A stretch of DNA of 64,000 nucleotides from Deferribacterales bacterium (lineage in GTDB: Bacteria; Chrysiogenota; Deferribacteres; Deferribacterales; Geovibrionaceae), in the NCBI GenBank assembly GCA_050253335.1, contig JBFWJG010000002.1, positions 1 through 64,000 on the forward strand, read 5' to 3'. The notes beneath the pieces were generated by a model. It searched no databases. It saw only the letters and a program-made list of their open reading frames with translations, and was not told the DNA's origin. A program made the position numbers and the translations under genes. Numbering within the stretch: the stretch's first letter is position 1; every line of letters begins with the position of its first letter. Below are positions 39,318-48,629 of this stretch, one piece after another.

Positions 39318-39941
39318 CTACTCAAACCTCGCGAACCTCTCTGGCGAAAATCTCATCTTCCTGTCCGGCAGTGATGCGCCCTCCCTGAACCTTCCCAGAG
39401 CAATGAGCATCGGAACAACTCTGCCCGGATCTATGCCGAAGGCTTCCTTTACCTTCACCTCGTCAAAACCGTCCATGGGATGGGTGACATAGCCGCAGCC
39501 TTCCGCCGCCAGCATAAAGTTCATTGCAAAGAGTCCGGCGTTTTTCGCGGCGAAAATCTTCCTTCGCTCGCTCTCGGGCAGGCCGTAGAAGCCCCCTGCG
39601 GTTTTTTTGACCCCTTCGGCCGCTTCAGCGTCTGCGTAGCCCTTATCCACAAGGTCGCGCGCCACGGCGTCCAGATTCTCCTCCACCGCGTCCGTGTTGC
39701 CTATGATGATAAGCACAGCAGAGGCCTCCTCAACTTTGGGCTGGTTAAAGGCGCACTCCCGCAGAATCTTTTTGCGTTCCGGAGAACGAACAGCCACAAC
39801 CTCCCACGGCTGTATGTTGTAGGAGGATGGAGCGAGAGCGGCAAGTTCAAGGAGCTCGGAAATTTCTTTGTCAGATATTCTGAAGGACGGATCGAAAAAA
39901 TTGACTGATCTGCGGGTAATAATGGTCTGAACGGCATCCAT
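39318..39941 (-). CDS. Nitroreductase family protein
   Basis: RRSV, APSSYNIQPW and HPMDGFD. Confidence 0.93.
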   Translation of the reverse strand: MDAVQTIITRRSVNFFDPSFRISDKEISELLELAALAPSSYNIQPWEVVAVRSPERKKILRECAFNQPKVEEASAVLIIIGNTDAVEENLDAVARDLVDKGYADAEAAEGVKKTAGGFYGLPESERRKIFAAKNAGLFAMNFMLAAEGCGYVTHPMDGFDEVKVKEAFGIDPGRVVPMLIALGRFREGASLPDRKMRFSPERFARFE

Positions 39942-40005
39942 GTTTCACCTCGTCATGGACTATTATACCATTCTGATCCTTTTCCGGCACGGAAAGTTCG
40001 TTCTG

Positions 40006-40596
40006 TTATTTCTCTCCCGTGTATCCCTTGCACACCACATATATCTCAAATGAGTTTTTTCTGGTGGCCTCAGGTCTTATTACCTTAACCATATTAAAGT
40101 GTTTGCGCACTTCCTTCAGGAGCTCCTGAGTGTCTTCGCCGTCGAAAAGCTTGAAGCAGAAGTTGCCGTTTTTTCTCAGCACTTTCTTTGTGAAGTCAAA
40201 AATAATCTTAACAAGCTCACAGCTGTTCACATGGTCAAGAAGCTTTGTTCCGGAAGTGTTGGGCGCCGCATCGGAAAGCACCGTGTCAAACTCGGGGCAT
40301 ATGGAAAGCACCCTGAGCAGAATTTCGTTATCAGTCAGATCGCCCAGAATAAAGTGGAAGTTCGGATGCCCCATCCCCTCAACCTGAATGAGGTCAACAC
40401 CCACCACGGGCTGTTTTTTCACTGTTTCCAGAACAATCTGGCTCCAGCCTCCCGGGGCGCAGCCCGCGTCCAGAACACGGCTGTTGGGGTTATAAAGCGC
40501 GTACTTTTTGTTAAGCTCCGTAAGCTTGTACGCCGCGCGGGACTTGTAGCCTTCCTTTTTTGCTTTCCTGTAGAAAGCGTCTTTTCTGTCATACAT
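40006..40596 (-). CDS. rlmE: 23S rRNA Um2552 methyltransferase RlmE/FtsJ
   Basis: SRAAYKL, DAGCAPGGWSQ and SDAAPN. Confidence 0.95.
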   Translation of the reverse strand: MYDRKDAFYRKAKKEGYKSRAAYKLTELNKKYALYNPNSRVLDAGCAPGGWSQIVLETVKKQPVVGVDLIQVEGMGHPNFHFILGDLTDNEILLRVLSICPEFDTVLSDAAPNTSGTKLLDHVNSCELVKIIFDFTKKVLRKNGNFCFKLFDGEDTQELLKEVRKHFNMVKVIRPEATRKNSFEIYVVCKGYTGEK

Positions 40597-40623
40597 TTAT
40601 AAATTCTCCTGCGCTCAGGCAGT

Positions 40624-42150
40624 TTATTCCTTGCTCACGGGAACCACATCATAATGCTCGATGTGGAAATCCTCACTGGGGTTTACCTCTATGGTCACGC
40701 TCATCATAAGCTCTATCTCGTCCAGACTTTCCTTTTCGTCATTGAGTATGAGATCAACAACATCGGGGTGAGCCTCAACCAGTATCTTCTTGTTCTTGAA
40801 ATAGGGCGCTATGCGGCGGATCTCCCGCAGTATGTCGTAGCACACGGTAAGCTTCGACTTCACTATACCGCGCCCTTCGCAATAGGGGCAGGGCTCGCTG
40901 AGAGTCCTCGTGAGGCTTTCCTGCACACGCTTTCTGGTGACCTCCACAAGGCCGAGGGGCGATATATTCACCACGGAGCATTTCGCCCTGTCCCCCTTGA
41001 GTTCAGCTTCCAGAGAGGCGAGAACCTTCTCCTTGTTCTCGTCTCTGCTCATGTCTATGAAATCCACGATGATTATGCCGCCGATATTGCGCAGGCGGAG
41101 CTGCCAGGCTATCTCTTTCGCGGCTTCAAGGTTGGTTTTGAGTATGGTTTCCTCAAAGTTACGCTTGCCCACGAAACGTCCGGTGTTCACATCTATCACC
41201 GTGAGCGCTTCCGCCTGATCGATTACGATATATCCGCCGGATTTCAGCCAGACCTTTTTGTCCAGTATGCGGTTGATCTCGATCTCTATGTTGTAGTGAT
41301 CGAAAACGGGAAGCTCATGCTCGTATAGCGCAACCTCCACATGGAGATCCGGCATATATTCCCTAAGAAAGGTCTTCATTTTCAGGTAGTCAGCCTTGTT
41401 GTCTATGATGATTCGACTGACCTTCTCATTAACCACGTCACGGAGGATGCGGAATATAAGGTCATGATCCTCATAAACAAGGGTAGGTGCGCCGCTGCGG
41501 GTCATGCGCTCCTGAATCTTCGTCCAGAGGCGCAGGAGATACTCAAGGTCGCTCTTTATCTCCTCATAGCTTCGTTCCGCGGAAACAGTGCGGGCTATGA
41601 GCCCCATGCCTTTGGGCTTTATCTCTTTCAGTATCTGGCGGAGGCGTTCGCGCTCCTCGTCCTGCTCTATCTTGCGGGAAACACCCACATGCTCATAGCC
41701 GGGCATAAGCACTATATAACGGCCGGGAACCGTGATGTGAGTGGTCAGGCGGGCGCCTTTCTGCCCTATGGCTTCTTTTGCGACCTGAACGATTATCTCC
41801 TGCCCTTCACGCAAGAGATCCTGAATGGGGGGAAATTCCTGAACGCGACGCTCCGTTTCGAGATCGTCAAACTCGATGGAACCGTCCACGCTTTTTTCGA
41901 AAAACGCCACCTTTTCCCCGTTTTCCACATAAATATCCGCAACGGGAAGGAAGGCGGCCTTGCTTAATCCTATATCGACAAAGGCGGACTGAATGCCCGG
42001 AAGCACCTTAACCACCCTGCCTTTGTATATGTTGCCCGCAACATTTTTGCTGTGGGCGCGTTCTATGAATATTTCCGCCGTGCTTCCGTTTTCCAGCACA
42101 GCCACACGGCATTCGTTTACCGTGGAATTTATTATTATCTCTCTGGACAT
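40624..42150 (-). CDS. rng: Ribonuclease G/E family
   Basis: GNIYKGRV, IDVNTGRF and GGIIIVDFIDM; 508 aa with no long C-terminal scaffold. Confidence 0.93.
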   Translation of the reverse strand: MSREIIINSTVNECRVAVLENGSTAEIFIERAHSKNVAGNIYKGRVVKVLPGIQSAFVDIGLSKAAFLPVADIYVENGEKVAFFEKSVDGSIEFDDLETERRVQEFPPIQDLLREGQEIIVQVAKEAIGQKGARLTTHITVPGRYIVLMPGYEHVGVSRKIEQDEERERLRQILKEIKPKGMGLIARTVSAERSYEEIKSDLEYLLRLWTKIQERMTRSGAPTLVYEDHDLIFRILRDVVNEKVSRIIIDNKADYLKMKTFLREYMPDLHVEVALYEHELPVFDHYNIEIEINRILDKKVWLKSGGYIVIDQAEALTVIDVNTGRFVGKRNFEETILKTNLEAAKEIAWQLRLRNIGGIIIVDFIDMSRDENKEKVLASLEAELKGDRAKCSVVNISPLGLVEVTRKRVQESLTRTLSEPCPYCEGRGIVKSKLTVCYDILREIRRIAPYFKNKKILVEAHPDVVDLILNDEKESLDEIELMMSVTIEVNPSEDFHIEHYDVVPVSKE

Positions 42151-42163
42151 AAATCAGCTCACC

Positions 42164-42763
42164 TTAAAGCCTGATTCTGCCCTCCAGAGCTTTCAGCAGT
42201 GTTACCTCGTCCGTATGCTCAAGATTCGAGCCGATAGGGACTCCGCTTGCTATTTTCGTCACGCTTACTTCGGGAAAACGCTTCAGGAGACGGGCAATGT
42301 AAATAGCCGTGGTTTCCCCTTCCACATCAGGATTCATGGCCATGATGACTTCCGTCACCTCGCCGCTTTCAAGCCTTTCCATAAGGGAGGCTATGCGCAG
42401 CTCATCCGGCCCTATTCCGTCCAGCGGGGAAATCTTCCCGCCCAGAACGTGATAAAGCCCTCTGAAGCTCCCTGTGTTTTCTATGATGAAAATATCCTTC
42501 GGTTCCTCCACAACGCATATCTGAGAGCGCACACGGTAGCGGTCCTCACAGACCGAGCAGACCGGAGCCTCGGATATGCCGCCGCAGACAGAGCAAAAGA
42601 CGGTTTTTTCCTTCAGGTATACAATGCTTTCCGCAAGACGCTTCACGTCCTCCTGCTTCATTTTAAGCACATGGAGGGCTAGGCGTCCCGCTGTTTTCCG
42701 CCCGATTCCGGGCAGACGGGAAAGCTCATTAAGGCAGTTTTCAAATACTCTGTTCTTTATCAT
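42164..42763 (-). CDS. recR: Recombination protein RecR
   Basis: LPGIGRKTA, C4 Zn finger, YHVLGG and DVEGETTA. Confidence 0.97.
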   Translation of the reverse strand: MIKNRVFENCLNELSRLPGIGRKTAGRLALHVLKMKQEDVKRLAESIVYLKEKTVFCSVCGGISEAPVCSVCEDRYRVRSQICVVEEPKDIFIIENTGSFRGLYHVLGGKISPLDGIGPDELRIASLMERLESGEVTEVIMAMNPDVEGETTAIYIARLLKRFPEVSVTKIASGVPIGSNLEHTDEVTLLKALEGRIRL

Positions 42764-42787
42764 GCCGCAATACGGGCAACAAACGCC

Positions 42788-43102
42788 TTAGAACATTCCG
42801 GGCAGGTTAATACCCAGATTTCCCGTTATCTTGGAAAGTTTTTCCTGCATTTTTTCCTGTGCCTTGTTCATGCCTTCATTAACGGCAGCAACAATAAGAT
42901 CCTGAAGCATCTCAACATCTTCGGGATCCACAACCTCTTTTTCGATCTTAATGCCCAGAACCTGATTCTTTCCGTTCACCTGAACAGTAACCATGCCGCC
43001 GCCCGCTGAGGCCTCAACAACCTCCTGCGCAGCCTCGGCCTGAGCTTCCTCGATCTTTTTCTGCATCTTCTGCGCCTGCTTCATCATCATCTGAATGTTC
43101 AT
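42788..43102 (-). CDS. ybaB: YbaB/EbfC nucleoid-associated protein
   Basis: MMKQAQKMQ, AGGGMV and DVEMLQDLI. Confidence 0.95.
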   Translation of the reverse strand: MNIQMMMKQAQKMQKKIEEAQAEAAQEVVEASAGGGMVTVQVNGKNQVLGIKIEKEVVDPEDVEMLQDLIVAAVNEGMNKAQEKMQEKLSKITGNLGINLPGMF

Positions 43103-43218
43103 GCGAAATTCTCCTTAAATTCTTAAATATATATATTAGATTCTGTTACTTACGTTTTTATTGCTAGTTTCTCCGCTCCGCACGGCGCAGCTTCCTTCCT
43201 TGGAGCTGTTAATTACTG

Positions 43219-43266
43219 CGTCATCCTGAGCAAAAGAGATTCTTCGGCGGAAGCCTCAGAATGACG
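43219..43266. repeat. CGTC-type REP-like palindrome
   Basis: CGTCATCCTGAG...GAGATTCTTCGGCGGAAGCCTCAGAATGACG, the same family as 8939-9004. Confidence 0.7.
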
Positions 43267-43342
43267 GAGGCGGGGATCAACCCGCGCCCTGAACTGCATA
43301 TTATAAGACTAAAACAGATTTTTTCAAAGATAATAATAAAAA

Positions 43343-43358
43343 TGTTTCACGGGAAACA
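43343..43358. promoter_or_regulatory. parS site (1 mismatch)
   Basis: TGTTTCACGGGAAACA versus consensus TGTTTCACGTGAAACA; intergenic. Confidence 0.75.
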
Positions 43359-43373
43359 ATTGGAGGGGATTTT

Positions 43374-44042
43374 CTACCCTTTCCCTTCAAGAACGACTGC
43401 AAAGGGAGCCTTGAGACCTTCGGGGAGCATATTGAGGATGTCGGTGGCGGTGCCTCTGTAGTTTTTTTCATCCGGCGTGGAGAGGCTGACGGAGAGAGAG
43501 ATCTTTTTGCCTATGCCCCTGAGCTCCTCCAGTGTGCGGACGAGGGCGTAGGGGCGCTCGAAGATAACCGCTGTCTGCTTGGTGTTTTTCATGTGATTGA
43601 AAAACTTGGCGCGCTCCTGCTTATCTTTGGGCGGAAAGCCCGCAAAAAGGAAGCTCTCCGCGTAAAACCCGCTGACGGAAAGGGCGGCGGTTATGGCTGA
43701 AACCGCGTTCAGCGAACGAACCTCAACCCCTGCGTTTATGCACATATCCACAAAGTCATAACCGGGATCGGCTATGCAGGGAGTACCCGCATCGGAGAAG
43801 AGAACAACTGTCCCTGCGGAGGTTACGGTTTCTATAAGCTCCTTCTTCTCTTCATCAGTGGAATGCTCGTTCAGAAGCCTGTGTTCGTAGCCCCGGCAGC
43901 CGACAGCGGCAAGGAAACGCAGAGTCGTTTTGCGCTCCTCGCCTATTATGAGATCCGCATTTTTGATTTCATCAAGCACATAGGCCGGAAGCTGTGAATA
44001 GTCGCCGCTTATGGGTGAGGCAAGTACCTTTAAAACCGCCAT
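43374..44042 (-). CDS. rsmI: RsmI-like tetrapyrrole-methylase-family rRNA methyltransferase
   Basis: LNEH, SDAGTPCIADPG and FAGFPP. Confidence 0.75.
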   Translation of the reverse strand: MAVLKVLASPISGDYSQLPAYVLDEIKNADLIIGEERKTTLRFLAAVGCRGYEHRLLNEHSTDEEKKELIETVTSAGTVVLFSDAGTPCIADPGYDFVDMCINAGVEVRSLNAVSAITAALSVSGFYAESFLFAGFPPKDKQERAKFFNHMKNTKQTAVIFERPYALVRTLEELRGIGKKISLSVSLSTPDEKNYRGTATDILNMLPEGLKAPFAVVLEGKG

Positions 44043-45310
44043 CAGCCTATTATCTCCGCTCCGCCGAGGTATGGGCGGAGAACATCGGGCACTTTTACAC
44101 GGCCGTCCGGAAGCTGATAGTTCTCAAGCACGGCGAGGAATGTTCTCCCCACCGCAAGGCCTGAGCCGTTGAGCGTATAGACGAAATCCAGTCTTTTATC
44201 CCCCTGCTTGCGAAAGCGTATGTTCGCCCTGCGTGCCTGAAAATCAGTGAAACAGCTGCATGAGGAAATCTCTCTGTAGCAGTTCTGACCGGGCAGCCAG
44301 ACCTCAATGTCATAAGTTTTCGCTGACGCAAAACCTATATCGCCTGTGGAAAGGGTCATTACCCTGTAGTGGATTCCCAGAAGCTGGAGAATATTCTCCG
44401 CGTCACGGAGCAGAAGCTCAAGTTCCTGCCATCCGTCCTCCGGTCTGACAAGTTTCACAAGCTCAACCTTGTTGAACTGGTGCTGGCGGATAAGGCCGCG
44501 CACGTCTTTCCCGTGTGAGCCTGCCTCACGGCGGAAGCAGGGTGAATATGCGCAGTGTTTTATGGGCAGGGCTGATTCATCGAGAATTTCGCCCGCGTAA
44601 AGGTTTGTCACGGGTACTTCCGCAGTGGGGATAAGATAAAGTCCGTCACGCTCGCACTTGAACGCATCCTCCTCGAATTTGGGAAGCTGGCCTGTTCCGG
44701 TCATGGAGGCTGCATTCACAAGGAAAGGTGTCATAACCTCCGTGTAGCCCCTGGAGGACTGGGTGTCCAGCATGAAGTTGATAAGCGCTCTCTCAAGCTT
44801 AGCGCCCATGCCTGTATAAGCGGAGAAGCGGGCTCCGGCAACCTTCGTGCCGCGCTCGAAATCCACAAGTTTAAGGTTTTCCGCTATGTCCCAGTGAGGC
44901 TTTGCTTCAAAATCAAGGGAAGGCTTCGCCCCCCACTCACGGTAGAGAACATTGTCCTCCTCGCTTCTGCCTAAGGGGAGTGAATCATCCACAAGGTTCG
45001 GCAGGGTGAGAAGCATGGCCTTCTGCTTTTCCTGAATGGCGTCAAGCTCTTTGTCCATTTCGGATATGCGTTCTGAAACCAGCTTCATTTCCTTCTGGGC
45101 AGCGTCAACATCGCCGCCCTGTTTCTTTATGAGAGGGAATGACTTTGAGAAATCGTTCTTTTTCTTTTTAAGCTCTTCAACCTCAAAAATCAGCTTCTTT
45201 CTTTCATCATCCAGCCTGATCAGGGTGTCGAAGTCGAACTCGGCGCCTCTTCTGGCCGTTTTTTCCCTGACCAGTTCCTGATTTGCCGTTATATATTTAA
45301 TATCAATCAT
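44042..45310 (-). CDS. serS: Serine-tRNA ligase
   Basis: LIPTAEV, FRREAGS, EISSCS and LNGSGLAVGR. Confidence 0.98.
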   Translation of the reverse strand: MIDIKYITANQELVREKTARRGAEFDFDTLIRLDDERKKLIFEVEELKKKKNDFSKSFPLIKKQGGDVDAAQKEMKLVSERISEMDKELDAIQEKQKAMLLTLPNLVDDSLPLGRSEEDNVLYREWGAKPSLDFEAKPHWDIAENLKLVDFERGTKVAGARFSAYTGMGAKLERALINFMLDTQSSRGYTEVMTPFLVNAASMTGTGQLPKFEEDAFKCERDGLYLIPTAEVPVTNLYAGEILDESALPIKHCAYSPCFRREAGSHGKDVRGLIRQHQFNKVELVKLVRPEDGWQELELLLRDAENILQLLGIHYRVMTLSTGDIGFASAKTYDIEVWLPGQNCYREISSCSCFTDFQARRANIRFRKQGDKRLDFVYTLNGSGLAVGRTFLAVLENYQLPDGRVKVPDVLRPYLGGAEIIG

Positions 45311-46087
45311 CTAATTATTCTCCACGGTTCCAAGGTTGTCGGTTATTCTCGCCAGAAGTTTTGAAAGCTTCGATGTTATGTCCGATGAATACTTAGTGTT
45401 CGGGAACTCTCTTATAAGCGCCCTGTAATATTTGATCGCCTCCGCCTCGTAGCCGTCCTTATCAGCGTAATAGTCGCCCAGAATAGTCAGGCTCTCGGGA
45501 TAAACATCGGTATCGGGATAGTTTTCCACAATGTACTGAAGCCTTCTGACCGCAGGGCGCTCCTTGTCTGTGCGGAGATAAAACTTAGCTATGATAAGCT
45601 CGCGCTCTCCGAGAAGCCCTCTGAGTTCGCGTATTTTGTCCGCAAGCTCGTATTCTTTCGAGTAGCCGGGGTTCTCGTTCCTCAGCTCGCTGAAAATACG
45701 CAGAGCTTCTTCGGCGTTTTTCATGTCCCTGTCCGGCGCGCCTATCTGCCTGTAGTAGCAGAGCCCGAGCCTCAGTTTCGCCCTCGGCGCATCGGACGAG
45801 TAGGGGTATATGCGCAGGTAAGTTTCATAGCTGGGAATTGCGAGCTCATAGTCTTTTCCGAGGAAATGGCTGTCCGCCAGAAAAATCTGCGCGTTCCCCG
45901 CCAGTTCGGGATCACCGGCGTTTCTGATCGCCGCTTCGAAGTGCTCCGCGGCGTCTTTATACTTTTTGCGCTCGAAATACTGCATGCCTTTCTTCATGCT
46001 TACTTCGGCGGGAATCTCTTTCGGGGGCTGTTTGGCGCAGGAAACCGCAATAACCATAGCCGTCAGTGCTACAAGGAGTTTACGCAT
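45311..46087 (-). CDS. bamD: Outer membrane assembly lipoprotein BamD
   Basis: Lipobox AVSC, TPR repeats, PDRD and IAKFY. Confidence 0.88.
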   Translation of the reverse strand: MRKLLVALTAMVIAVSCAKQPPKEIPAEVSMKKGMQYFERKKYKDAAEHFEAAIRNAGDPELAGNAQIFLADSHFLGKDYELAIPSYETYLRIYPYSSDAPRAKLRLGLCYYRQIGAPDRDMKNAEEALRIFSELRNENPGYSKEYELADKIRELRGLLGERELIIAKFYLRTDKERPAVRRLQYIVENYPDTDVYPESLTILGDYYADKDGYEAEAIKYYRALIREFPNTKYSSDITSKLSKLLARITDNLGTVENN

Positions 46088-46185
46088 CAGCTTTACCTCT
46101 GCTGTTTTTGTGGAAAATTTATTTTAATTATTGTTATTTCAGCCTTCAGGGAAAACTTTCCGAAAAAAACTTTCCCTCAAAAATC

Positions 46186-47493
46186 CTAAAGCGGTCTTAT
46201 GACCTCGCACACTATATCCGGATAGCTTATCTTCTCTATACGGCAGACATAAGGGCCGTAGCCGCTTATCGCTTCCGAGTCGGTGAAGAGAACTTTTCCG
46301 TCCACCTCCGGAGCCTGAAACAGCGCTCTGCCTTCCATGAGGAAAGCGAACTCGTCGTTGGGCTTTTCGGCAAAGCAGATGATGTCACTTTTCTTAACTT
46401 TTTTCAAGCGTTCACGGGTGTTTTTTATCTGCGCCTTCCTGAGTGCGCCGATTCTTCCGCGCACCTTCCGGCCGTCCACCTTCATGCCCATTGCGGTGGC
46501 CTTTGTGCCCTCTTCGGGATAAAAGGGGAAGAAGCCCGCATAATCCGGCCTGTACTCTTTCACAAAGTCCAGAAGCTCGGCGAATTCCTCATCCGTTTCA
46601 CCCGGGAAGCCCACTATCATCGTTGTGCGGATAAACGCATCGGGATCGATCTCCCTTATCATGCTGAAAACCCGCTTTATATCGTCCGGTGTTGATTTTC
46701 TGTTCATATCCCTGAGCACGCGGCTGTTTATGTGTTGGACGGGTATGTCGTAGTAGCTGAGGATTTTCTCGGAGTTTTTCACAAGCTTCACAAGCTCTTC
46801 CGTCACTCCGTCAGGGTTGAGGTACATTATCCTCACATAGAATCTGCCCTCTATTTTGTCTATCTCTTTGAGGAGTCTGCAGAGCATCGGCTTTTTGTAG
46901 ATATCTGTTCCGTATTTTGTATTATCCTGCGAAACAAGGACAAATTCCTGAACCCCCTGTTCCTTGAGGGCGGTTATCTCATTGACTATGTCCTCAATGT
47001 GCCTTCCCGTGAGGTTTCCCCTGATGGAGGGAATGGTGCAGTATGTGCAGCGGTTGTTGCACCCTTCGGATATTTTGATGTATGCGCTGAAAGGCACTCC
47101 AGTGAGCACGCGCGCGCCGCCGTAAAGGAAATCGCGCTCCTTTTTCACAGGCTCCACGCCTTCAAGATAAGCTATGACATCGCTCATTTTGCCGACGCCC
47201 GTGTGGAAATCTATCTCAGGCAGTTCACCCGCCACATCGTTCTTGAACCTCTCCGTCATGCAGCCTGTAACTATCAGCCTGGCAGAGGGCTTCTTGACCT
47301 GTGCCGCCTCAAGAACAGCTTCCACAGCCTCGTTCACCGCAGGTTCGATAAACCCGCAGGTGTTGATGATTATCGCGTCCGCCTCGGTCATTTCAAGGGT
47401 TATCTCGTGCCCGCCCTGCTGAAGGGAGCCCATGAGATACTCAAGATCAACCTTGTTTTTTGAGCACCCTAAACTTATGTAAGAAATCTTCAT
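46186..47493 (-). CDS. rimO: Ribosomal protein S12 methylthiotransferase
   Basis: SLGCSKN, NTCGFI, EGCNNRCTYC and APEVDG. Confidence 0.95.
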   Translation of the reverse strand: MKISYISLGCSKNKVDLEYLMGSLQQGGHEITLEMTEADAIIINTCGFIEPAVNEAVEAVLEAAQVKKPSARLIVTGCMTERFKNDVAGELPEIDFHTGVGKMSDVIAYLEGVEPVKKERDFLYGGARVLTGVPFSAYIKISEGCNNRCTYCTIPSIRGNLTGRHIEDIVNEITALKEQGVQEFVLVSQDNTKYGTDIYKKPMLCRLLKEIDKIEGRFYVRIMYLNPDGVTEELVKLVKNSEKILSYYDIPVQHINSRVLRDMNRKSTPDDIKRVFSMIREIDPDAFIRTTMIVGFPGETDEEFAELLDFVKEYRPDYAGFFPFYPEEGTKATAMGMKVDGRKVRGRIGALRKAQIKNTRERLKKVKKSDIICFAEKPNDEFAFLMEGRALFQAPEVDGKVLFTDSEAISGYGPYVCRIEKISYPDIVCEVIRPL

Positions 47494-47535
47494 ATTGTCC
47501 TTTTATTTTGTATTTTTTATCTGCGCAGAGGCTTT

Positions 47536-48462
47536 TCAGTATCCGTTTTCCTCAAACCATTTCTTCGCAATTATGCAGTCATTATCTATCGCCTTTATGA
47601 GAGTTTCAACATCCGGAAACTTCTCCTCAGGACGGATGTATTTAAGCAGCTCTATCTCCGTTTCTTTTCCGTAAATATCTCTGCTGAAATCGAATATGTG
47701 CGTTTCCACCTTCATCTGATCCGGAAAGCTGAATGTGGGTCTTCTGCCTATGTTGGTGACGGATTTATAACGCTCACCGTCAATGACCGCCATGCTGATA
47801 TAGATTCCCGCTTTTGGGATCAGTTCATTCCTGAAGTCTATGTTGGCGGTGGGGTAGCCCAGCCGTCTGCCCACTTTGTTTCCGTCCACGACCTTTCCCT
47901 CTATGAAAAACGGACGGCCGAGGAATTCTCCGGCCTTTTCCATATTCCCCTCAAGGAGGAAGCTGCGGATATTTGTGCTGGAAACCGTAACTTTTCCGCA
48001 GGTGACTTTCGGAACGCGGACTGCGGTGAAACCGTATTTCCTGCCGAGGGTGACAAGCAGGTTGTAGTCTCCGCTTCTCGCCCTGCCGAAGCGGTAGTCA
48101 TAACCCACAATGATCACTGCGGCACGGAGCTTTTTCACCAGAAACTCCCTGACGAAGACTTCCGGATCAATATCAGCGAACCTGCGGCTGAATTCAAGTA
48201 TGAACATTGTTTCCACACCGGCCTCAGCGAAGGCTCTGATTTTGGATTCCTCTGTCATTATCAGCTTGAGATCAGCGCCGAAAAACTTCATCGGGTGCGG
48301 CTGAAAGGTTACCACGGCAGGCACGAGCCCCTTGGTCCGTGCTATGCTGCACAGCCTGTCTGTTATGGCTTTGTGCCCCAGATGGAAGCCGTCAAAGTTT
48401 CCCAGAACCACTGCGTGTGGTCTTTCGGTAAAAAGCGTGTCTATATTCCGGACTACCTGCAT
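47536..48462 (-). CDS. ribF: Riboflavin kinase / FAD synthetase
   Basis: GNFDGFHLGH, VSSTNIR, GYPTAN and NIGRRPT. Start ATG 48462. Confidence 0.96.
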   Translation of the reverse strand: MQVVRNIDTLFTERPHAVVLGNFDGFHLGHKAITDRLCSIARTKGLVPAVVTFQPHPMKFFGADLKLIMTEESKIRAFAEAGVETMFILEFSRRFADIDPEVFVREFLVKKLRAAVIIVGYDYRFGRARSGDYNLLVTLGRKYGFTAVRVPKVTCGKVTVSSTNIRSFLLEGNMEKAGEFLGRPFFIEGKVVDGNKVGRRLGYPTANIDFRNELIPKAGIYISMAVIDGERYKSVTNIGRRPTFSFPDQMKVETHIFDFSRDIYGKETEIELLKYIRPEEKFPDVETLIKAIDNDCIIAKKWFEENGY

Positions 48463-48629
48463 TGCGCCAAAATATTCCAAACGGAACAGATGCGCAAGAA
48501 TTTTCAGAAATATAACCTCTTTGTATCCGCCCGCTAAACTAAACTGCACTTTTGCCGAAAAAACGTGTATAGGTATGTTTGGTATTTTAGAAGTATAATT
48601 GTATTAACATTATCATTCGGCGGGTATAT

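Noticed and set aside
46109..46117. Isolated DnaA-box match TGTGGAAAA (also TTATTCACA at 39158)
   Set aside because: Single 9-mers are expected by chance and there is no cluster.
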